64,000 nucleotides of DNA from an uncultured Gammaproteobacteria bacterium (GTDB lineage Bacteria; Cyanobacteriota; Vampirovibrionia; LMEP-6097; CAYGPN01): NCBI GenBank assembly GCA_964352085.1, contig CAYGPN010000009.1, positions 44,539-108,538 of the forward strand. The letters run 5' to 3'. The position numbers and the translations under genes are program-made. A model generated the notes under the pieces. The model did not search any database. It was not told the DNA's origin and saw only the letters and a program-made list of their open reading frames with translations. Positions 10,491 through 19,696 of this stretch are shown here, in pieces. The stretch's first letter is position 1, and every line of letters begins with the position of its first letter.

Positions 10491-11252
10491 CTACTTTAAA
10501 GCCAAGGCCGCTTCATGCGCGTCATTCTCAAAGCTATCATCTAGCTCAGGAAGCTTTTTATAATCTGGGTACTTGCGTTCCATGGCTCTTAAAATTAGTT
10601 CGTCAGCTAAATGTGGGTTTTTAGGAAGCAAGCTTCCATGCAAATAAGTACCAATCACATTTTTATAAACAGCACCTTCTGTCTCGTCTAGATCATTATT
10701 ACCAAAGCCTTTATTGATAATTGCTAGAGCTGAAATATCTCTGCGTGCCGGCATGGTAAAGAGCGTGCGCCCTGAATGATTTTCAAAACCCACTAAAGTT
10801 TTTCCTTGGAGTCTATCTAATAAACATTCGGCAACTACATTACCAATAAGCCTAGGCTCTTCATCTTTAGGAGCCTTAGTATGCACATCAAGTATTCCTA
10901 AGCCAGGAATGTTTTTTCCTTCGCCAGTCTGATAAAACTCACCAAGCATTTGATAACCACCACAAATCGCAAGTAGCACAGCATTATCTTCAACTACAGC
11001 TTTTAATTCTTCTTTGCGTTTTTTTAAATCTTCAGCAACGCGCTCTTGCTGGGCATCTTGCCCGCCACCTATAAAAAAGATATCGCAGTCAGCAAATTTC
11101 TTATTTGGCTCATCAAGGTCAATATGATCTATCTGAAGATCAATATCACGCCACTCACAACGGCGACTAAGTGTAAGCACATTGCCCTGATCTCCATAAA
11201 TATTTAGGAGCTTTGGATAAAGGTATGCAAGTTTTAGTGAATAATCGCTCAC
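10491..11252 (-). CDS. gatD: GatD-type glutamine amidotransferase (CobB/CobQ-like GATase domain), the glutaminase partner of lipid II isoglutaminyl synthase MurT.
   Basis: Conserved blocks match staphylococcal GatD: CDIFFIGGGQD, ICGGYQMLG, GLGILD, GFENHSGRT, GNNDLDETEGAVYKNVIGTYLHGSLLPKN. Confidence 0.7.
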   Translation of the reverse strand: MSDYSLKLAYLYPKLLNIYGDQGNVLTLSRRCEWRDIDLQIDHIDLDEPNKKFADCDIFFIGGGQDAQQERVAEDLKKRKEELKAVVEDNAVLLAICGGYQMLGEFYQTGEGKNIPGLGILDVHTKAPKDEEPRLIGNVVAECLLDRLQGKTLVGFENHSGRTLFTMPARRDISALAIINKGFGNNDLDETEGAVYKNVIGTYLHGSLLPKNPHLADELILRAMERKYPDYKKLPELDDSFENDAHEAALALK

Positions 11253-11282
11253 TAAAGATAGTATAACCTTTCAAGCTCCCAT

Positions 11283-11618
11283 CTATTCCATGAAAAGATT
11301 TTTAAAAGTATCGTAGTTAGCATCAACTATATCTTCAGTTGCATAAAGTTCATTAAGATCCTTGCCTTCTTTATGAAGATCTCTAAGAGTGCTCACTAGA
11401 TTCTCTCTAATATCAGGAGAATTTTCTATAGTATCAAGCACATTTTCAAACTGAGCCTGCATTTCACCAAAACTCATATCAGCGTAGCTAGATAAAACGC
11501 TGTCATCTTTATCAGCTTCACTAATAAATTTCCTAGCTTTTTTGATTTTGCGTTTTTTAATTAAACTAGCAACAAAGCTATAAGCAAGAAGCTTATTTGC
11601 ATCTTCATGTGATCCCAT
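11283..11618 (-). CDS. Hypothetical 111-aa protein.
   Basis: ORF with coding periodicity, followed downstream by a hairpin terminator at 11742-11766. No motif recognised. Confidence 0.35.
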   Translation of the reverse strand: MGSHEDANKLLAYSFVASLIKKRKIKKARKFISEADKDDSVLSSYADMSFGEMQAQFENVLDTIENSPDIRENLVSTLRDLHKEGKDLNELYATEDIVDANYDTFKNLFME

Positions 11619-11741
11619 TTTTTACCCCACCTGAGTCTCAAACCCTGATATTAAAGTTATCGGTGACTTTCCCTATTAACTAGAGCTAATGTCTCTAGAT
11701 TTAATCTTTCCTTAGATCCCACTCAAATAAAGCAAAAGAAA

Positions 11742-11766
11742 AGCCAAGGACAATGTCCTTGGCTTA
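11742..11766. terminator. Hairpin terminator (aagccaaggaca-atg-tccttggctt).
   Basis: 11-bp near-perfect stem immediately downstream (minus-strand sense) of the FKBP gene at 11796-12314. Confidence 0.5.
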
Positions 11767-11795
11767 ATTAAATAGGTGTTTTCAGCTAATTTTGC

Positions 11796-12314
11796 TTAGT
11801 TTTTAGCTTTAACTTTTTTTGCTTTTTCGATCTTAACAAGCTCAATATCAAAGATCAAATCTTTGCCAGCAAGCATATGGTTAGCATCGATAAAAACTGA
11901 TTTTTCAGTAACTTTAACCACTTTAACTACAACAGCACCACCAGCAGTTTGCATAGTTAGCTTAGAGCCAAGTTCAGCTTCAACTCCTGCAGGAAGCTGA
12001 GTCTTAGGTATTTCAAAAACTTTTGTTTGATCGATTAGTCCATAAGCTTCAGCTGAAGGGATAGTTATAGTCTTTTTCTCTTTTTTAACCATGCCAATTA
12101 TTCCAGCATCAAAACCTTTTATCATTTGACCAGCACCAGCTGTAAAAGTAAGTGGGTCTTTGCCAACGTTAGAATCAAAAACTCTTCCATCTGCTAGTCT
12201 TCCAGTGTAAATAACTGAAACAGAATCGCCGCTCTCAACCAACTTTTTTGCCATAACAGGGGCAAGAGTAGTTAGCATTAGAGCAAGAACTAATAATTTT
12301 GTAATTTTATTCAT
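11796..12314 (-). CDS. FKBP-type peptidyl-prolyl cis-trans isomerase, secreted.
   Basis: Signal peptide, and an FKBP signature FDSNVGKDPLTFTAGAGQMIKGFDAGIIGM...AYG. Second FKBP paralog in the window. Confidence 0.7.
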   Translation of the reverse strand: MNKITKLLVLALMLTTLAPVMAKKLVESGDSVSVIYTGRLADGRVFDSNVGKDPLTFTAGAGQMIKGFDAGIIGMVKKEKKTITIPSAEAYGLIDQTKVFEIPKTQLPAGVEAELGSKLTMQTAGGAVVVKVVKVTEKSVFIDANHMLAGKDLIFDIELVKIEKAKKVKAKN

Positions 12315-12354
12315 AGCTAGTATTGTAGCAATAAATATACGGATTAACTATGAA

Positions 12355-14181
12355 TTAACGAATAACGCCAGCAATATCTGCAACGAATTCTCTAGATATA
12401 GAATCAAAACCAGTAGTATTAATGTATTCAACATTTACTGAATTGGTAGCTTGATTAAGAGTAAGTCTTAAATTAGCTTTTGTAATATCAACCGCCGCGC
12501 CATCAACTAGTGGTGTAGGAGCGCCTATACCAAAATCAACAGTATTGTTTACTAGATTAACTTTAAGCGGGCATGGAGCAAAGTTATTAAACTTAAGTTC
12601 TCTAGCATCTGCGCCAAAAGCAATAGTATGAACTCTGTTTGCTTGAACTGCATCATTCGGATCAATTGTAAACTTATCAGTATTTAAAAGACCTTGATTA
12701 AGAATCACTGAGCCATTAGTACCCATTGCTGTTAACTCGCCGTTATTGTTTGTGATGTTTATATTATTAGGAGGGTTATTTCCACTTGTATCAGAAATTG
12801 TAACGTTGTTAGTAGTCACGTTATTTCCAACTGGAGTAATAGGCTGACCATTAACAATTAGTGTTCCAGGAATAACAACTGTAGGTGCTGGTGGATTACC
12901 GTTTTGACCATCACTACCAAGAACAATTTGATTGTCAGCTGTCGTAGTAGCGCCTGCTCCAATCGCTGTAGAGTTGTCATTCGATGCCGTAGCGCCTGCT
13001 CCAACTGCTGTTGAGCCCGTGCCTGATGCTGTAGCTGCTGAGCCTAGTGCTGTAGAGTTAGTGCCTGACGCTGTTGCACCATTGCCACCTAAAAGAGTAC
13101 TTGTTAAACCAGTACCAGCTCCAACATTAACGCCAGCAACCGACAAAGTTGTTGCCACTGTTGCAGCGCCTGTTGTATCTAAAGTAGTTACTGTTGCAGC
13201 AGCTGGGTTAGTTCCACCAATAACGGTGTTATCGATAGTACCGCCATCAATGTCTGCTGTAGTTGCTGTAAGGCTTGCTGTATTGCTTGATGTTGATGTC
13301 AAAGCACCAGCATTAGTTGTAGTAGCTGTAAGTGTTGTGAAGCTAGCATTAGCTGGAGTGTTTGCACCAATTACAGAATTATCAATACTAACGCCAGTTA
13401 AAGAACCACCTGTGATTGCAACATTAGATGAAGAAATTCCACCAGTAAAAGATGCGCCTGTAATTGCGCCTGTTACAGCAAGGTTACCGCTTGCATTTAA
13501 AGTTTCAGCAACTATTAAAGAACCGTTTACTGTAGTTGTGTTTCCAGCTGTTCCAATTGAGTTTAAATTATCTGCTGTTGTGATGTTTGGCTGAAGAGCA
13601 GCTACAGAAAGGTCTGGAGTCGTTGTACCATTAGTTACTGTAATAGAAGCGTCAGCTGAAGCTACAGAAGTGACTGAACCTCCTCCTCCACCGCCGCCAG
13701 CGTTAGCTTGAAAACTAGGAGCACTAACACCATTAGAAGTAAGAATCTGACCAGCTGTTCCGGGACCCACTAAAACAGGAGCGCCAGTATTATCAAAAGC
13801 AATTATTTGACCAGCTTGAAGAATATTAGTAGCAAAGTCAACTGCTTCAATATTAGTTAAAGCGTTACCAGTACCATTTGCGTCAAATGAAATATTAGTT
13901 AAAGGACCTTGGAAAAGAAAAGGATTACCTTCAAAAGTAAGAACACCATTAGCAGTATCAATAGTACCTAAACCATCAGCAATTGCTGCATCAGGTAATT
14001 GAAATGCTGTAGCCGAAAAACCATCTGGCGCATTTGAATTATCAAGCGTTGTTCCACCTGGTCCAGCAATGTTTTGCTGAAGCGTTGCATTGGCTGGCGC
14101 TGATACTAAAGTCAGTGACAGTATTGTTGACAGCAGAAAGCCACCAAATTTCTTATTTTGATTCTTTTTCATAATATTCAT
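12355..14181 (-). CDS. Secreted fibre/adhesin-like protein with phage tail-fibre-type repeats (GGxIDNxxIG…FTTL) and YadA-head-like NSTAxG repeats.
   Basis: Likely start is MNIMKKNQNKK at 14181 (GGGGAAAGGA RBS), with a signal peptide ending …VSAPANA. The track ORF extends further upstream to 14304. Gly7 run; repeats ITGGSLTGVSIDNSVIGANTPANASFTTL and IDGGTIDNTVIGGTNPAAATVTTL; NSTALGSAATASGTGSTAVGAGATASNDNSTAIGAGA. Confidence 0.55.
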   Translation of the reverse strand: MNIMKKNQNKKFGGFLLSTILSLTLVSAPANATLQQNIAGPGGTTLDNSNAPDGFSATAFQLPDAAIADGLGTIDTANGVLTFEGNPFLFQGPLTNISFDANGTGNALTNIEAVDFATNILQAGQIIAFDNTGAPVLVGPGTAGQILTSNGVSAPSFQANAGGGGGGGSVTSVASADASITVTNGTTTPDLSVAALQPNITTADNLNSIGTAGNTTTVNGSLIVAETLNASGNLAVTGAITGASFTGGISSSNVAITGGSLTGVSIDNSVIGANTPANASFTTLTATTTNAGALTSTSSNTASLTATTADIDGGTIDNTVIGGTNPAAATVTTLDTTGAATVATTLSVAGVNVGAGTGLTSTLLGGNGATASGTNSTALGSAATASGTGSTAVGAGATASNDNSTAIGAGATTTADNQIVLGSDGQNGNPPAPTVVIPGTLIVNGQPITPVGNNVTTNNVTISDTSGNNPPNNINITNNNGELTAMGTNGSVILNQGLLNTDKFTIDPNDAVQANRVHTIAFGADARELKFNNFAPCPLKVNLVNNTVDFGIGAPTPLVDGAAVDITKANLRLTLNQATNSVNVEYINTTGFDSISREFVADIAGVIR

Positions 14182-14230
14182 TTTCCTTTCCCCGTTATTC
14201 ATTCGATTTCTCCCCCTCACATTTAACTGT

Positions 14231-15652
14231 CTATTGAAGGACCTCCGTGCTGTAAACAGCAACTGGTGATTGTGGTGTAAACACTCCTGGGAATGATTCA
14301 ACATTAACTAAATTAAGAACACCATTTGCTATAAAAACTCTAAGAAGCATATCTTGAACTAAAAGTGATGTTCCAAGAGATGTTGGAGCTGTATTTAAGT
14401 TTGTTACTTGAGCTGTTAGAGGCAATTTAACATTAACCGGATTTCCGTTAGTATCTAATCCAATGATTAATTGCTCGTTGTTTAAAAGAACACCATTAGT
14501 AATAGTGATTCTTCTAGCAATTGCATTTGCACCATTGATGTTATTCAATGGAGTATTGAAAGCAACTGGATTAGTGTTAAGTGCTAAAGATTGTGTTTCG
14601 TTGTTTGTAACTGGATTATTATTTCCACCACCAGCAATTACACAATCACCAACATCTAAAGTACCGTTCCCATTCTGATCAGTAATTCCAGGAGCATCAA
14701 AACAATTTGCACCAGCTGCACCAGGAGCGCCTGTACCACCACTAGGACCAGCAGGACCAGGAGTTCCAGCACCACCAGAACCGCCGCCGCCTGTTACTAA
14801 AAGTGTTAAAGCTGCTTCAGAATTACTAGTGTTACCAAAAACTTGATTTGTGTCTGTTGCAAAGTAAATTGTTCCAGGAGCTACAGTCGCCGGTCTTTGT
14901 GCTGCTGTACCTGAAAGGAAATTTGTGCCACCTGTTGGATTAACTATTTCATTTTGAACGTTAATTACTCTACCTCTTAGCTTACTTGTTGTATTTTTAC
15001 CAGTAGCCTTAAAGTGAATATCAAATCTAGATCCTTCATCAGTCATTCTTGGAACAACACCATTAAATTTTGAAGGCACCATAGCCATCATCAAATGGTT
15101 AGGAAGTTTTCTAGCTATCTCGATGATCTGCTCATCGTTAAAATTATTTGTAAGTGCTGGACCACTAACATCAGAAACTGAAAGGTTACCATCTGGGAAA
15201 AATGTACCTGTAAAGCGTTCAACTGTTTTTCCGTTTTCACCAAGTAGAGTGAATTCATATTGGTTGCCAGACTGTCTTAGCCCCTTGAGAAGACCTCTAA
15301 CAACAATGTTATTTTTCTTAGAAGCTTTTACTGAAAAATCACCAACATTAATTTTAGAACCGTCATCCAAAATTTCTTTTACTTCAACAACAGGAACACT
15401 ATTTTCTGGAAGTCTAAGATTTTTTGCTCTTCTGATAACAAACTTTACTTGAGCTTCATCAGTACCATTAGCCTTTACAATGTTGTCTCTACCAACAAAT
15501 TGAAGTAAAACTCTTTGATCGTCCGGCACGCCGTTATTAGTTTGTAAGCCTTGAATACCTAGATCGATTACTCTTCTTGCAGAAGCTGGGCTAATTGCTA
15601 GGCCTGCGATGAGCGTGAAACTTAGAATTATAGATTGGAACTTTTTAAACAT
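14231..15652 (-). CDS. Secreted protein with a collagen-like Gly-X-Y segment and one Cys-bracketed DxNGNG calcium-binding-like motif.
   Basis: Signal peptide MFKKFQSIILSFTLIAGLAISPASA; GGGGSGGAGTPGPAGPSGGTGAPGAAGA followed by CFDAPGITDQNGNGTLDVGDC. Confidence 0.55.
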   Translation of the reverse strand: MFKKFQSIILSFTLIAGLAISPASARRVIDLGIQGLQTNNGVPDDQRVLLQFVGRDNIVKANGTDEAQVKFVIRRAKNLRLPENSVPVVEVKEILDDGSKINVGDFSVKASKKNNIVVRGLLKGLRQSGNQYEFTLLGENGKTVERFTGTFFPDGNLSVSDVSGPALTNNFNDEQIIEIARKLPNHLMMAMVPSKFNGVVPRMTDEGSRFDIHFKATGKNTTSKLRGRVINVQNEIVNPTGGTNFLSGTAAQRPATVAPGTIYFATDTNQVFGNTSNSEAALTLLVTGGGGSGGAGTPGPAGPSGGTGAPGAAGANCFDAPGITDQNGNGTLDVGDCVIAGGGNNNPVTNNETQSLALNTNPVAFNTPLNNINGANAIARRITITNGVLLNNEQLIIGLDTNGNPVNVKLPLTAQVTNLNTAPTSLGTSLLVQDMLLRVFIANGVLNLVNVESFPGVFTPQSPVAVYSTEVLQ

Positions 15653-15862
15653 TTTTTAGTCATCTCCTGTTTTGTTGGCCAGAATTAATTATATGAAATC
15701 CTTATATACATTCTGTCCAAATAAGAATGATTCTCAATAGCCAATCCTAGCTTTTTCACGTATTACGTGTCAACTGTCTAAAGAGACTATCTTTTCAAAG
15801 CTAATAGCAGCCTATAGACTTGCTATAGACTTTTATATTTTATTCAAGATTAAAAGGCTTCT

Positions 15863-16912
15863 TTATTTACCAAAGACATCCCAACTAAAAGTTAGCGGTC
15901 CTGCAAAAACAGGGCTATATCCAGGCTGATTATCAGCCAATCTTTGTAAAACAAATCTATACTGACCGCCACCTAAATCTTCAACACCATAAAGAATATT
16001 TCCATTAGTGTTCGGTACTACTCCTAAAGTTGTTGTTGGGTCACCACCCGTAGCATTTTGGAAGCCAACATTTATAGATTTATTTGGGAAGTTAAACCTA
16101 AACTGCGGAGAGGTATTATCTGAGACAGCATACTCTAAAGTTTTACCTGCAAGCGCGCCAGCTGGAAACGACAAAGCTGTTGTAGTATTCACTTCTCTTA
16201 AAACTGGGTTGGTTGGGTCTGCTTCAGCTGGCATCACAAGCTCAACTGTTGCTATGTAGCGAGAACCAACTTGATCAAATGTAGCTGCTTCACCAGAGGC
16301 AGTTGCATCTCCAAGACCAGTAAGCTTATTAGAACCCATAACAATATTACCGCCCATAGTAAGTCCTGTTAAAGTACCCACGCTAGTTATATTTGGCTGA
16401 GCTGCTGTTTGAACAGTACCTGTTAAATCACCAATAAAGCTTGTTGCTGTAGCTGTGCCAGTCGTTACAAAATTTCCATCTGAATTAATTGCTCCTATAT
16501 TTAATTCACCAGCAGGTCCCCTTTGAGGAACAGTATTTGGTTGATTGGCAAATACACCAGTAGCTACAGCATTACCATTTACACTTAAAACACCAGATGT
16601 TGTGATATTTAAATTTGTTGTATTAATGTCTAAATTACCAGCAGCATTCTTAGAGAATGTAATAGGGTTTGCGCTATCTTCACCAATTTGTAAAAGTGGT
16701 TCAATCGGCACAATTGCATTTGGGTTACCAACTAAAACAAATCTTTTACCTGTTGAAACATCAGTGGTATCTTGCTCACCTGCTTTATAGAACTGAATGA
16801 AAGTAGCATGAGCTGGCATTGCAGTCATAAAGATTGCAAAAACAAATAATAAAGAAGCTAGAGCTCTAGCGAGTCCTTTTTTCATATTTAGTTTTTCTTC
16901 TCTTCTTATCAT
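15863..16912 (-). CDS. Secreted phage tail-fibre-like protein.
   Basis: Signal peptide …MPAHA. Motif GSNKLTGLGDATASGEAATFDQV matches the conserved tail-fibre collar motif (SNKxTxLxxGTxxxDAVNxxQL type). Thr/Gly/Asn-rich beta-rich sequence. Confidence 0.55.
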   Translation of the reverse strand: MIRREEKLNMKKGLARALASLLFVFAIFMTAMPAHATFIQFYKAGEQDTTDVSTGKRFVLVGNPNAIVPIEPLLQIGEDSANPITFSKNAAGNLDINTTNLNITTSGVLSVNGNAVATGVFANQPNTVPQRGPAGELNIGAINSDGNFVTTGTATATSFIGDLTGTVQTAAQPNITSVGTLTGLTMGGNIVMGSNKLTGLGDATASGEAATFDQVGSRYIATVELVMPAEADPTNPVLREVNTTTALSFPAGALAGKTLEYAVSDNTSPQFRFNFPNKSINVGFQNATGGDPTTTLGVVPNTNGNILYGVEDLGGGQYRFVLQRLADNQPGYSPVFAGPLTFSWDVFGK

Positions 16913-16922
16913 CCATTCAACC

Positions 16923-19025
16923 TTATGGTAAGTAACTTAAATTCAGGACATGTATGTAGAAACCTAAGCCTAAATCTAATCCTCTAAAGACAATCACATC
17001 TGAGCCTGTATCCTTATAGAAAGCCAAGCCCATATTAGTAAAGTTTGGCGCTGCAGAGCTTGCGTTACCAGCTGCAAAGACTGGCGAGCCTGTGTACTGG
17101 AAGCCTGTAATATCGCCTGTTCCATTAAAGAATATAGTCAAGTTTTGGAATGGCACAGTATTATCATTTATAACAACTCTTGTAACATTCACAGCGGCTA
17201 TCATCGGTGCTAGCGCTAATGTAGCTGGAGTATTTGCTCCTGTTGCAGGTATATTAACAATCTCAGTAGTTAAAGTAGTGTTTGATTCATTATTATCTGT
17301 TGGTCCTGAACAACCTGGATCTAATAAATCAACTAAAGTATCACCATCATTATCTAAAAGATCACTACACTGAGGACTAGACTCTGATGGGTCAGTAGGT
17401 CCACTACATCCCGGATCTACTAAATCAATAGCGCCATTACCATCATTATCAGCTCCATCCTGACACTGTTTAAATTCATTATCATTAGCATTTGCGCAGC
17501 CAGTATCAGCAGGGAAATCAACTAAACCATCAGCGTCATTATCAATACCATCCTGACATTGGTTTACAACATTAAATTCATTATTATCTGATGGTCCCGT
17601 GCAACCCGGATCAGCAGTATCTATTAAACCATCTCCATCATTATCTATTCCATCACTACATGCGGGATTCGGTGGCTCAAACTCAGAGTTGTCATTAGCA
17701 CTTGTACAACCATTATCAGCAGGAAAATCTATCAAACCATCTCCATCATTATCAGCACTATCGCTACATTCAGGCAGTGGATTAAACTCATCATTATCTG
17801 TAGCACTTGAGCATCCTGTATCAAGAGGAAAATCAATTAGGCCATCTCCATCATTATCAACAGTATCTTGGCAAGCAGGAAGAACAGAAGTACCAGGATC
17901 ACCTGCTGGTCCTGCTGGTCCTGCTGGTCCAGAAGCGCCACCTTGGCTCATTAACACATGCTCCCAAGAACCATCTGCTTCTAGTTTTCTACTAAAATAA
18001 ACATCGGTGTCTTGCCCTTGAGCGAAAATTGCAGCACTTAGAGCGCTAGTTCCTGTTAAAGAACTTGAACTTAAACTTGTGATCAATGGATCATCAAAAT
18101 TATCTGGACTTCCACCTCTACTAACAACAGTAATAAAACCATTACCTTCAGCAGTTGTTCTATAAATATCACGATCAAGTGGAGTACCAACTCCAAGTAT
18201 GCTTGTACCTTGAATTATTGTGCTGCCCTCTCCAGTGTTAACTACAAGCTTTCCTTTTTTCAAAGACTTGATTAACCTTTTTTTATTTGGAATGTCAAAG
18301 AAAACACCATCAGGATTTCTTGGGTTAATAGAAACACCAGGAGTCTTTGAAGTTCTCAGCATTAAGTTTGGATCGCGCCATAAACTATCTCTAAACTTTC
18401 TAAAAAGAGTGCTTTCTTCTGTCGTCATATCAGCAACAGTTGGCGGCAACTCAAGTTCACTAATCATTGGAACACTATCCTCTATTACTCTTTTTGCAGC
18501 CATAGCAGGGAGCTCAAATTTAAATTTCTCTCCTCTCTCTCCAATCAAATAAAGATTCATAGCTTCTTCTTGTTGATCGTAAGGAATCGGGATACGGAAA
18601 GTAACTCTTTTTGCAACAGGTCCATTTTTACCTTTATCTGCTTTTCTAATTGGAATCGGGAAAGTGACTTTAAATCTAAATTCTTCTTTTATCGAACCAT
18701 CAATTTGTGGCACAGGCTCGTAGCCCATCGCATTCACATAAGTTCTTGTCGTTGCATTTTCTGGACCTACTAAACCATTAAGGTCTACTTGAAGAGGGAC
18801 TACTGCTACATTGGTTGAACTAACAAAAGTTCTTTCAACATCTTTGCGTCGTAACTTAACTCGAGGCTGCGACAAAGAGCCAGTGTCATCACCATCAGAA
18901 GATTGAATGGTGACGAACCTCGAGGCCTTTGTTGCCGCAAAAACTTCTTCGCCAGTGAAAAAATTCACTAGACATATAATGATTAGTGCTGCAAGTATGC
19001 GGTGCACAAGTTTAGACATTGTCAC
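16923..19025 (-). CDS. Secreted 700-aa protein with a collagen-like GPAGPAGPAGDPG segment followed by seven Cys-bracketed CxDxxDNDGDGLIDFPxDxGC repeats resembling thrombospondin type-3 calcium-binding repeats.
   Basis: Signal/TM N-terminus. Repeats ACQDTVDNDGDGLIDFPLDTGC, ECSDSADNDGDGLIDFPADNGC, ACSDGIDNDGDGLIDTADPGC, QCQDGIDNDADGLVDFPADTGC, QCQDGADNDGNGAIDLVDPGC, QCSDLLDNDGDTLVDLLDPGC and more. First gene of the minus-strand cluster. Confidence 0.55.
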   Translation of the reverse strand: MTMSKLVHRILAALIIICLVNFFTGEEVFAATKASRFVTIQSSDGDDTGSLSQPRVKLRRKDVERTFVSSTNVAVVPLQVDLNGLVGPENATTRTYVNAMGYEPVPQIDGSIKEEFRFKVTFPIPIRKADKGKNGPVAKRVTFRIPIPYDQQEEAMNLYLIGERGEKFKFELPAMAAKRVIEDSVPMISELELPPTVADMTTEESTLFRKFRDSLWRDPNLMLRTSKTPGVSINPRNPDGVFFDIPNKKRLIKSLKKGKLVVNTGEGSTIIQGTSILGVGTPLDRDIYRTTAEGNGFITVVSRGGSPDNFDDPLITSLSSSSLTGTSALSAAIFAQGQDTDVYFSRKLEADGSWEHVLMSQGGASGPAGPAGPAGDPGTSVLPACQDTVDNDGDGLIDFPLDTGCSSATDNDEFNPLPECSDSADNDGDGLIDFPADNGCTSANDNSEFEPPNPACSDGIDNDGDGLIDTADPGCTGPSDNNEFNVVNQCQDGIDNDADGLVDFPADTGCANANDNEFKQCQDGADNDGNGAIDLVDPGCSGPTDPSESSPQCSDLLDNDGDTLVDLLDPGCSGPTDNNESNTTLTTEIVNIPATGANTPATLALAPMIAAVNVTRVVINDNTVPFQNLTIFFNGTGDITGFQYTGSPVFAAGNASSAAPNFTNMGLAFYKDTGSDVIVFRGLDLGLGFYIHVLNLSYLP

Positions 19026-19202
19026 TCCCCAATGTAGTTTTGCATATAGCTCCCTGCTAGTGCAAAATATTTATGCTAAAAGTATTTAACCTTTTACTTT
19101 TGACATAATGTATCACAATATTGTTAACTTAGAGTAATTAAATCAAAAAATAATTCATTTCTGATTAATCTATGAAATAATTACCCTGAGTATATTATTC
19201 CC

Positions 19203-19646
19203 ATGAATACTAGAAAGTTTAGCCTTTATATAGCCGGATTAATCTGGGCGCTTGTCGGCGTGAGAATAGGCATGAGGGCTGTAAACTGGCTCACACCCTA
19301 CTTCGATCCACCTAGCTGGCAGTTAATTTTCATCGTTTTATCAGTAATTGTAGGTATATTCAAGGCCAAGAAAGTACTTAGCAAGTCGGTCAAAAGAGGC
19401 ATAGAAAATTCAGATAGTCTAGATGATAGACCTCTCAACTATTTGATTGGCTGGCTTAAGCTCTATGGCCTACGTGGTGTAATTATAGTTTTATTGATGA
19501 TTGGGCTAGGATTTTTCTTGCGGGCCCTAAGATCTATGGGCTTTGATACTTACAATATCTTTGGATTTTTATATCTAGCGGTATCTTTTGGGTTAATAAT
19601 GGCATCAACCTTTTACTTCAAAGCAGCCGCTGAGCTTAAAGACTAG
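19203..19646 (+). CDS. Small hypothetical inner-membrane protein with 3-4 TM helices.
   Basis: Hydrophobic helices IAGLIWALVGVRIGM, LIFIVLSVIVGIF, VIIVLLMIGLGFFL, LYLAVSFGLIMA. Confidence 0.4.
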   Translation: MNTRKFSLYIAGLIWALVGVRIGMRAVNWLTPYFDPPSWQLIFIVLSVIVGIFKAKKVLSKSVKRGIENSDSLDDRPLNYLIGWLKLYGLRGVIIVLLMIGLGFFLRALRSMGFDTYNIFGFLYLAVSFGLIMASTFYFKAAAELKD

Positions 19647-19696
19647 AGAATAAGCTAGAATTATTTGCATACAACGTTACTACTACGGAGAAAACA

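Noticed and set aside
12932-13594. 220-aa ORF antisense to the fibre gene (Ala/Pro/Val-rich).
   Set aside because: It is a mirror-frame product of the low-complexity Gly/Thr/Ala-rich fibre gene on the opposite strand, with no start-site or RBS support.
17599-18000. 133-aa and 62-aa ORFs antisense to the Cys-bracketed repeat region.
   Set aside because: They are generated by the repetitive DNDGDG-encoding DNA read on the other strand. The sense gene has a signal peptide and coherent domain structure.
12355-19025. Prophage.
   Set aside because: Tail-fibre-like motifs are present, but the proteins carry Sec signal peptides and no capsid, portal, terminase, tail tube, integrase or lysis genes occur in the 64-kb window.
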